Source: a virus. Taken from it: 64,000 nt of DNA. The translations under genes and the position numbers were made by a program. Below the pieces are notes generated by a model. It ran no database searches. It had not been told where the DNA came from and worked only from the letters and a program-made list of their open reading frames with translations. Positions 57,293-64,000 of this stretch are shown piece after piece. Position 1 is the first letter of the stretch. Each line of letters opens with the position of its first letter. The stretch is taken from positions 1-64,000 of IMG/VR virus record IMGVR_UViG_3300020200_000009; one strand, 5' to 3'.

Positions 57293-58960
57293 ATGGACTT
57301 GTATATGTCATTTTCAAAATTTATGTCCGAGGAAGGTGCGGACAGAATTAAAGATCGTAGACTTGAAAGAGGTGGCATGGATGGCAATACACGATATCCT
57401 ACAAAACCGTCTACATCTGCACCACAATCTGATGCTGATAGAAAAGCAGCAATGGATAAGCATAGACAGACTGCCAATGACGCACTAGCTGCAGTGAGAG
57501 CATCAATAGCAAAAAAGTATGGTAGTAAAGCTCTCCTTCCTAATAGAAGTGAAGAAACAGTCTTTGAAAAACTTGGACTGTGGGACCGCATCCATGCTAA
57601 AAGAAAGCGTGGAGAACGTCCAGCCAGACCAGGTGAAAAAGATTATCCAAAAACTTTAAACGTTGAAGCAAGAGTAGATGATAGGATTCCAGAATGGAAA
57701 AGATCTGCTGCTAGAACTGATAGATATGGTAATCCACATGGTTCTGTGGGCAGTGGACCTCAGAGAGATCGTAGAGCAGAGCATGAAGAAAGAAGAGGTG
57801 TCAAGACTAAGGGGTCTAGGGTTACAGAAGACACTATTCAGGAAGATGAGTATCGTAGATTAATGGCGCAAGAGCGTCGGGATGAGCGAAATAGAGAACA
57901 AGCGCGTGCTGGTCGCAAGAGCATTACTCCTGGGGTCCGAGCCGCCAGTGCTGGTAGAGACTATGCTAATAGCAATATCAAATTTCATGCCAAAGTAACT
58001 GGTAAGACGACAACAACTGAAGAGTCTTTACATGAAGCAGGTGGTCGCCAGGGCGGCGGCACAATTCGACCACCAAAACCAGGCAAAAAACCAGTAGAAA
58101 CTCAACCAACTAATCGTGGTGCTATCCGCTTCGGAAAAGTTAATTCTTCTTATGCACCAGAAGGTGAGGTTATTGATGAAGCAGGTGACTATTGGCATCC
58201 AGATCCAGAAAAAGATAAGAAAATTAGTGGTGCTGGAAATAAACTTCGTGCACGTGAAGATCAAGCAGCTTCTCAACAACCAAAAGAAGACCCTAAGAAA
58301 CTACGTCCTGGGGAATCTTACTCAGATTATTCTAATAGAATACAAGGAAAGACTAAACCACAACCCGTAGCAAAACCTTCTCTTTCAGATAGAATAAAAA
58401 ATAAACTTGGTAAAGTAATTGATAAAGTCGGAGGTATTAAAACCGAAGGTTGTATTACATATCGGGATTTTATCTTAGAGGGTAATCGCACTGCTCGTAT
58501 GCTGCATAAATCAAACACTAAAGTCACAGGTCATATTTCTGCAGATCGTGGCAACGATGAGAGTAAGAATCGTGAAGGTCGTAAGACTCTTGAGAAAGAC
58601 CTTAAGAAGCACGGCATTGGACATAAGAAAGGTGTAGGTGAATATAAGTATGACAGTGGAGAAACTGGTAGAGAAGTTTCCTATCAAACATCTAAACCAG
58701 ATAAAATGTCTAAGCGTAGATTTGGAAAGGTAATGCGTCGTCTTGGTCGTAAACATGGTCAGGAATCTGTTATTACAAAAGATTCCAGCAAACCTGCTAA
58801 ACTACATTACACTGAGAAAGGTAGTAAAGCAAAGTCTGACTCTATTGGCAAATCTAAAGCTGGCAAGCACCCCGAAGGCTATGGTGAAACATCTGGCACT
58901 AAGGTGAGAGGCGGCAAACTTCCTGCTAAAACAACTAAAGGGTCTTATCATTATGGATGA
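57293..58960 (+). CDS. Putative internal head polyprotein (basic modules separated by Glu linkers)
   Basis: MSFSKFMSEE capsid-targeting-like motif (ATG 57305); repeated x-x-E linkers; Lys/Arg-rich modules. Confidence 0.7.
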   Translation: MDLYMSFSKFMSEEGADRIKDRRLERGGMDGNTRYPTKPSTSAPQSDADRKAAMDKHRQTANDALAAVRASIAKKYGSKALLPNRSEETVFEKLGLWDRIHAKRKRGERPARPGEKDYPKTLNVEARVDDRIPEWKRSAARTDRYGNPHGSVGSGPQRDRRAEHEERRGVKTKGSRVTEDTIQEDEYRRLMAQERRDERNREQARAGRKSITPGVRAASAGRDYANSNIKFHAKVTGKTTTTEESLHEAGGRQGGGTIRPPKPGKKPVETQPTNRGAIRFGKVNSSYAPEGEVIDEAGDYWHPDPEKDKKISGAGNKLRAREDQAASQQPKEDPKKLRPGESYSDYSNRIQGKTKPQPVAKPSLSDRIKNKLGKVIDKVGGIKTEGCITYRDFILEGNRTARMLHKSNTKVTGHISADRGNDESKNREGRKTLEKDLKKHGIGHKKGVGEYKYDSGETGREVSYQTSKPDKMSKRRFGKVMRRLGRKHGQESVITKDSSKPAKLHYTEKGSKAKSDSIGKSKAGKHPEGYGETSGTKVRGGKLPAKTTKGSYHYG

Positions 58961-59099
58961 AAAACATCAATTTTCAGAAGATTTGAAATGTAAATTCTGT
59001 GGAATAACTCCACCCAAAGGACATTGGAGACCTAATACTTGGTTACAAAAACATGAGGAGAATTGTCCTCTTAATCCATCGCTTGCAGACAAACAATGA
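58953..59099 (+). CDS. Small C2HC zinc-finger protein (48 aa; not in the ORF track)
   Basis: MDEKHQFSEDLKCKFCGITPPKGHWRPNTWLQKHEENCPLNPSLADKQ; overlaps both neighbours. Confidence 0.7.
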   Translation: MDEKHQFSEDLKCKFCGITPPKGHWRPNTWLQKHEENCPLNPSLADKQ

Positions 59100-59680
59100 A
59101 TACTTTTCAAGAGTTTATAACAGTTACTGAAGGTCTTGATATGAAGACCTTCAAAGCAAATCGTAGAAAAGCACAGAGAACTGCTGCAACTGCTGATGCT
59201 CGTAAGAGAGGGCACGAAGGACACGAATGGCACAATACTGGAAGAACTTATAGTCCAGATGAAGCAAAGTCTCGTCGTGCAAATATGTCCGATGATGATA
59301 GAGCAGCAAGACACCGTGCTGCTGTAGATCCTGATGATGATCGTGATGAGAATACATACTCAGCAACTAAGACTAAGAATCCTAGGAAGCAACGTAAGCA
59401 GGCTGCCATGGGGGAGGGTGTGACTTACCGCGACTTCATTACAGAAGTTGCAGCGTGGCAACGTAAAGAAGGTAAGAACAAAACAGGTGGACTTAACGAA
59501 ATAGGACGCAAATCTTACGAGGCAGAAAATCCTGGGTCGGATTTAAAACCACCCCAACCTGGTGGTGGTCCACGTAAGAGGTCATTCTGTGCCCGTATGG
59601 GTGGGGTGAAGGGACCGATGAAAGATGAAAAAGGTCGCCCAACAAGAAAAGCACTAGCACTAAGAAAGTGGAAATGCTGA
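59096..59680 (+). CDS. Putative internal head protein with a DUF6321-like C-terminal module
   Basis: MNTFQEFI capsid-targeting-like start; second TYRDFITE; AWQRKEGKN..GGLN..GRKSY...SFCARMGG...ALRKWKC. Confidence 0.75.
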   Translation: MNTFQEFITVTEGLDMKTFKANRRKAQRTAATADARKRGHEGHEWHNTGRTYSPDEAKSRRANMSDDDRAARHRAAVDPDDDRDENTYSATKTKNPRKQRKQAAMGEGVTYRDFITEVAAWQRKEGKNKTGGLNEIGRKSYEAENPGSDLKPPQPGGGPRKRSFCARMGGVKGPMKDEKGRPTRKALALRKWKC

Positions 59681-59749
59681 CATAGTATCATTAGATATAT
59701 TTTAATTCTATTAAATAGTGATATACTTTCAGTAGTTGCTTGATACAAT

Positions 59750-59977
59750 ATGGTAACATTTTATTTTACTCTCGCTATCATAGTATTATTGCTTTGGTAT
59801 GGGGGATTAGACGGCACTCTGCGATTATTTGCATATGTCGATTTGCAAATAAGATATGCTGGTATTCAAGCACAACTGTCATGGATGCGTTGGAAACTTA
59901 AGAAGCAACTTATTAAGGATACAACAGAATTCCAAAAGTTTCTTCAAAAAGAGGACAAATATGAAAGAAATATCTAA
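59750..59977 (+). CDS. Small membrane protein
   Basis: N-terminal hydrophobic helix FYFTLAIIVLLLWYGG. Confidence 0.7.
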   Translation: MVTFYFTLAIIVLLLWYGGLDGTLRLFAYVDLQIRYAGIQAQLSWMRWKLKKQLIKDTTEFQKFLQKEDKYERNI

Positions 59978-60221
59978 TCTTTCTATAGAAAGAAAAGAAT
60001 GTGAAAGATGTGGTGCAATATGGATGAATGGAGAACACTACTGGTCTGGCACAGGAAAGAAAGGTAATGAATTAGATCTTGCTGGGTTAGTTTGTAATTC
60101 AATAAAAGCACCAGAATGTATAAATCCTAGTTTAGGAAAAAACGGGGGCGACACCTGGGAGAAAAGATTGACAGATTTAAATAATGACCATCCATTCAAT
60201 CACCAGTCAACAATTAAATAA
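59961..60221 (+). CDS. Hypothetical Cys-containing protein (CxxC...HYWSGTG)
   Basis: GAGGA RBS before ATG 59961 within track ORF 59856-60221. Confidence 0.75.
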   Translation: MKEISNLSIERKECERCGAIWMNGEHYWSGTGKKGNELDLAGLVCNSIKAPECINPSLGKNGGDTWEKRLTDLNNDHPFNHQSTIK

Positions 60222-60258
60222 TCCTATATATTAATACTGGCATACAAGGAGATGGAGG

Positions 60259-60375
60259 ATGTCCAAGTCCCCAAACAAAGGTAAAAAGGGTTCTCCTGGA
60301 GGTCAAAAGAACTCCAAACAGAATCAAGGAAATGCTACTGCTAAGAAAGCAAAGAATGGTGGCAAGAAAAAATGA
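60259..60375 (+). CDS. Tiny Lys/Gly-rich basic peptide (38 aa; not in the ORF track)
   Basis: MSKSPNKGKKGSPGGQKNSKQNQGNATAKKAKNGGKKK; AGGAG upstream; ATGA overlap with the next ORF. Confidence 0.65.
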   Translation: MSKSPNKGKKGSPGGQKNSKQNQGNATAKKAKNGGKKK

Positions 60376-60584
60376 TTCCTCTAATCCTGGCATCAATTTT
60401 TACAGCTACTCCCATGGGACCTGGACAGGTACCTCACTTTATGAGAACTTGTGATAGAATACGTATTCATGATGCTAAGTCAGGCACCAATTGGATTCTT
60501 TGTATCAACGGTGTTTATCAGTTTCCTAAAAACGGAAAACCTCAGGACAGGAGTTTGCCACAACATAAACAACAATTAATTTAA
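60372..60584 (+). CDS. Hypothetical protein with a signal-like N-terminus
   Basis: ORF track; coupled start. Confidence 0.6.
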   Translation: MIPLILASIFTATPMGPGQVPHFMRTCDRIRIHDAKSGTNWILCINGVYQFPKNGKPQDRSLPQHKQQLI

Positions 60585-60588
60585 TAGT

Positions 60589-60744
60589 ATGAACTATATT
60601 GTATTTGCTATTGTTGGGATGGTAGAGACTGGACCGAATGTATGTAAGATTGATTACTTACGTTATGTTGATGTTGCGTCAGTAACCATTCCTTGCAATG
60701 TCATCAAACTAAATACTATACAGGACCCAGGACAAAAGAAATGA
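60589..60744 (+). CDS. Hypothetical protein (51 aa; not in the ORF track)
   Basis: MNYIVFAIVGMVETGPNVCKIDYLRYVDVASVTIPCNVIKLNTIQDPGQKK; ATGA overlap with 60741. Confidence 0.6.
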   Translation: MNYIVFAIVGMVETGPNVCKIDYLRYVDVASVTIPCNVIKLNTIQDPGQKK

Positions 60745-61010
60745 GATTAAAAATTATAGGAACAGAGGTAGCTTTAGCAACCACAGCAGCAGCAGCAAGC
60801 GACTTTAGTAACGCAAGAGAAGTTCGTCTTGTGCATGACGCTACTGCTGCTACAACTCATTTAGTGACAATCACCGATTCTAGTGGCACTACATTGGCAA
60901 CTTTTAGTATGCCAGCATCAAATGTTGTTGTTATTAGAAAAGAGCCAACCCATAAAATTTTTGCTTCTAATGATGATATTAGAGGAGTAGCAGTTTCATA
61001 CGTCTCGTAA
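60741..61010 (+). CDS. Small putative virion protein
   Basis: ATG 60741 downstream of late promoter CTAAATA (60709-60715); beta-rich sequence. Confidence 0.75.
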   Translation: MRLKIIGTEVALATTAAAASDFSNAREVRLVHDATAATTHLVTITDSSGTTLATFSMPASNVVVIRKEPTHKIFASNDDIRGVAVSYVS

Positions 61011-61016
61011 TAAAAC

Positions 61017-61640
61017 ATGATTGATAATGCGATTATGCTTGATAAGCGTAATCAAGTTGTGGTAATTGATAACTTGTTTACACTTGCAGAAATTGAATAC
61101 ATCCATGAGTATTTTTTAAAATTCGATGGGTGGCAGTTTATTTTCGATGATTCTCCAGAAGACGATACTGCATATTATTCCTTGGGTAGAGTAGTAGACC
61201 AACCAAACTTTGGTGAGTTTGAAAATTTTTGCATTGATTATGCATTTAAACGAGCGGGAATTCCTATACCAAAATTTCACCGTTGCGTACATAATGCATT
61301 TAGATTTGGAGATACTGCTGGACTTCACGTAGATGGAGAGCATCTAGATGCTCTCAGTTTTTTGATATACGGTAATAAAGAGTGGCACCACAGTTGGGGT
61401 GGTGAAACAGTTTTTATGCTTAACAATGAAATATCAGATATTGTAATCCCCAAACCTGGAAGGTGTGTCGTTTTTCCTGGTTTAGTTTTACACGGGGCAA
61501 AACCACTATCGAAAATTCATAAGTTTCCTGCTAGATATAGTGCTGTCTTCCAATACTGTCCAGGTCAAGAAGACGCAGTGTTAGCACATGCTGCTACACA
61601 ACCAAAAAATACTAGAACATTTCCTCATGTCTCAACCTGA
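61017..61640 (+). CDS. 2OG-Fe(II) oxygenase, prolyl-hydroxylase-like
   Basis: LHVD (HxD), WHHSWGGETVF, PKPGRCVVFPG..LH, RYSAVF. Confidence 0.88.
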   Translation: MIDNAIMLDKRNQVVVIDNLFTLAEIEYIHEYFLKFDGWQFIFDDSPEDDTAYYSLGRVVDQPNFGEFENFCIDYAFKRAGIPIPKFHRCVHNAFRFGDTAGLHVDGEHLDALSFLIYGNKEWHHSWGGETVFMLNNEISDIVIPKPGRCVVFPGLVLHGAKPLSKIHKFPARYSAVFQYCPGQEDAVLAHAATQPKNTRTFPHVST

Positions 61641-63279
61641 TATTTACTTAGGCAATCCTAATCTTAAGCGGGTTAATGTTGCACAAAATTTTACACCAGA
61701 TGAAGTAAAGGAGTATATTAGGTGTAGTAAAGATCCAGTTTACTTTATAAAAAAATACATTAAGATTATTTCGCTTGATAGAGGTTTGATTCCTTTTGAG
61801 ATGTATGACTTTCAATCTGATATGGTTGAGAAGTTTCATGAGAATAGATTTAATATTGCAAAACTACCTCGACAGTCTGGAAAGTCCACAGTAGTTACTG
61901 CATATCTACTTTGGTATTCTCTTTTCAATGCAAACTCAAACATTGCTATCCTTGCTAACAAAGCAGCAACAGCAAGAGAAATGTTACAACGTTTACAACT
62001 ATCATATGAAAACCTCCCAAAATGGATGCAGCAAGGAGTTGTCAACTGGAACAGAGGTAGTCTGGAATTGGAAAATGGAAGCAAAATCATGGCTGCTTCT
62101 ACTTCTGCATCTGCTGTCCGTGGTATGTCCTTTAATATTATATTTTTGGACGAATTCGCGTTTATTCCGACGCACATTGCTGATGAGTTTTTTAGCTCTG
62201 TGTATCCTACTATTTCCTCTGGTACATCTACTAAGGTCATAATCATTTCTACACCGAAGGGAATGAATATGTTTTATAAACTTTGGCATGATGCGGAATT
62301 GAGTAGAAATGAATATGTTACTACTGAAGTGCATTGGTCTCAGGTGCCTGGGAGAGACTCTGACTGGAAAGAACAAACAATCCGAAATACTTCAGAAGAG
62401 CAATTTAATCAGGAATTTGAGTGCGAATTTTTAGGGTCTGTTAATACTCTTATTACATCTGCTAAGTTGAAGACCTTAGTATATGACACACCAATTACAT
62501 CTAATGCTGGATTAGATGTATACGAAGACCCAGAAGAAGACCACACATATGTTATGACTGTAGACGTTGCACGAGGACTGACAAAAGATTACTCAGCATT
62601 CTGTGTGATTGATACAACCACTATCCCATATAAATTAGTAGCAAAATATCGCAACAACAAGATTAAACCATTGCTATTTCCAAACGTAATCAATGATGTA
62701 GCAAGAGCATATAACCATGCGTATGTCATGGTAGAAGTTAATGATATTGGTGGGCAGGTAGCGGACACACTTCAGTTTGACTTAGAGTATGATAACTTAT
62801 TAATGTCTTCCATGAGGGGCAGAGCTGGACAAGTAGTAGGGCAAGGATTTTCTGGGTCAAAAGTGCAATTAGGAGTTAAGATGTCCACAGCAGTTAAAAA
62901 AACTGGATGTGCAAACATGAAACAATTGGTCGAAGATGATAAACTAGTCTTTACTGACTATGATATTATTTCAGAGTTAACTACCTTTATTCAAAGAGGT
63001 CCAGCGTGGGAAGCAGAAGAAGGGTGTAATGATGACCTTGCAATGTGTCTTGTAATTTTTAGTTGGTTAGCAACTTCAGATTACTTTAAAGAATTACATA
63101 ATGATGATGTCCGTAAGAGAATGTATCTTGAGCAAAAAGAAGCAATCGAAGCAGATATGTCACCTTTTGGATTTATCGATGATGGGATTAGTGGAGACAC
63201 TACATTTGTAGATGAAGATGGTCAAGTCTGGCATACTCCAGAGTATGGGGATATGGCATACATGTGGGAATATAGATGA
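61627..63279 (+). CDS. gp17: Terminase large subunit gp17
   Basis: YLGNPNLK, PRQSGKST Walker A, IFLDEFAF Walker B, ISTPKG, VDVARG..DYSAF, NDDLAM; start ATG 61627. Confidence 0.97.
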   Translation: MSQPDIYLGNPNLKRVNVAQNFTPDEVKEYIRCSKDPVYFIKKYIKIISLDRGLIPFEMYDFQSDMVEKFHENRFNIAKLPRQSGKSTVVTAYLLWYSLFNANSNIAILANKAATAREMLQRLQLSYENLPKWMQQGVVNWNRGSLELENGSKIMAASTSASAVRGMSFNIIFLDEFAFIPTHIADEFFSSVYPTISSGTSTKVIIISTPKGMNMFYKLWHDAELSRNEYVTTEVHWSQVPGRDSDWKEQTIRNTSEEQFNQEFECEFLGSVNTLITSAKLKTLVYDTPITSNAGLDVYEDPEEDHTYVMTVDVARGLTKDYSAFCVIDTTTIPYKLVAKYRNNKIKPLLFPNVINDVARAYNHAYVMVEVNDIGGQVADTLQFDLEYDNLLMSSMRGRAGQVVGQGFSGSKVQLGVKMSTAVKKTGCANMKQLVEDDKLVFTDYDIISELTTFIQRGPAWEAEEGCNDDLAMCLVIFSWLATSDYFKELHNDDVRKRMYLEQKEAIEADMSPFGFIDDGISGDTTFVDEDGQVWHTPEYGDMAYMWEYR

Positions 63280-63280
63280 T

Positions 63281-63526
63281 ATGACAGAAGAGTTTGGTAT
63301 AGACCTAGAGCACTTTCTTTTTGTAGACCGACAGTGTAGGAAATGTCTACGTATTATGTCACTGGTAGATAATTTTTATTTGACAAGAAAAGATAGAGGA
63401 TCTAATCCATCAGCATACTCATATGTGTGTAAAGAGTGCACCATAAAAAGAGTATCTAAAACTTACCGAGCGGGAATAAAGCATAAAAAAGAAGTATGTA
63501 TTGATGAAAATTATCCCGATTGGTAA
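63281..63526 (+). CDS. Zinc-ribbon protein (CxxC...YxCKEC), resembling an endonuclease N-terminal domain
   Basis: RQCRKC...FY.TRK.RG...YSYVCKEC; between gp17 and gp18. Confidence 0.7.
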   Translation: MTEEFGIDLEHFLFVDRQCRKCLRIMSLVDNFYLTRKDRGSNPSAYSYVCKECTIKRVSKTYRAGIKHKKEVCIDENYPDW

Positions 63527-63573
63527 TATTTTTTTATTCACGTCATATTTCCCCTCTGTAAACATAGAAAATT

Positions 63574-63580
63574 CTAAATA
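63574..63580 (+). promoter_or_regulatory. Late promoter CTAAATA
   Basis: Upstream of the AGGAG RBS and gp18 ATG. Confidence 0.7.
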
Positions 63581-63621
63581 GTTTCAGCATCCAATGATTG
63601 AATCTATCAAGGAGATTACAG

Positions 63622-64000
63622 ATGGCATCAACACAGCTTTCCCCAGGGGTTGTTGTACTAGAAAGAGATCTTACGAGTGTAGTAAACTCGACTGTCGATA
63701 ATATTGCTGCCATCGTCGGCGCATTTGAAAAGGGTCCTGTAGAGCAAGTAACCACTGTCACTAGTGAGAAGGAACTTCTCTCTATCTTTGGTCGTCCAAA
63801 CGACTATAACTACGAGTATTGGTTTTCAGCAGCGCAATTCCTGCTGTATGGTGGCTCACTCAAAGTAGTGAGAGCGTTTAACGCTTCCCTTAAAAATGCA
63901 ATTGATAGTGCTCAGTTTGTAGTAAATAATTTTTCAGCATCAGATACTACTCTGACTGTTGTTTCTGCAGTAGATTTTGATGTCAATGACATCCTTCTGA
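63622..64000 (+). CDS. gp18: Tail sheath protein gp18 (5' part, runs off the window)
   Basis: MASTQLSPGVVVLERDLT...GAFEKGPV...IFGRP...YEYWFSAAQFLLYGG.L.VVR; open to the window end. Confidence 0.93.
   Translation, partial: MASTQLSPGVVVLERDLTSVVNSTVDNIAAIVGAFEKGPVEQVTTVTSEKELLSIFGRPNDYNYEYWFSAAQFLLYGGSLKVVRAFNASLKNAIDSAQFVVNNFSASDTTLTVVSAVDFDVNDILL

Noticed and set aside
61627-63279. Intein or intron in terminase or other core genes
   Set aside because: gp17 is about 550 aa with contiguous motifs; no intein splice motifs or ORF interruptions seen
63281-63526. Homing endonuclease between gp17 and gp18
   Set aside because: Only a Zn-ribbon-like segment; no HNH, EndoVII or GIY-YIG catalytic domain
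7909-63761. Numerous 60-284 aa minus-strand and alternate-frame ORFs in the track
   Set aside because: Shadows of long + strand genes; no recognisable motifs or supporting signals noticed
1-64000. tRNA, rRNA or stop-codon recoding
   Set aside because: No cloverleaf or rRNA-like tracts noticed in the short intergenic spaces; core genes are full length under the standard code

Overview
A 64-kb, single-strand-coded (+) segment of a T4-like cyanomyovirus (Kyanoviridae-type) genome. Positions 1-4.1 kb hold the end of an early or accessory region: an SF2 helicase, micro-ORFs behind repeated palindrome+sigma70 promoter cassettes, and a 2OG-Fe(II) oxygenase. A putative replication-origin zone follows (3.2-4.4 kb). 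The rest is the virion module: NlpC/P60 protein, large structural protein, PAAR-like spike tip, gp25, gp6, a giant 6725-aa gp7, a YHYH protein, a gp9-like protein with a cupredoxin C-terminus, gp8, VrlC-like protein, tail fibre, gp13, gp14, gp15, gp16, probable internal head polyproteins, a second 2OG oxygenase, gp17 and the 5' end of gp18. Most notable observations: (1) gp7 carries about 7 nested helical repeats that look like phycobiliprotein beta subunits and keep the bilin-attachment cysteine motifs; (2) synonymous avoidance of GWWC (GAAC/GTTC/GATC/GTAC) in every region sampled; (3) cyanobacterial-type DnaA boxes at a GC-skew switch; (4) modular polyproteins with T4-like capsid-targeting and gp21-cleavage motifs. 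All assignments are by-eye motif recognition; no database searches were run.
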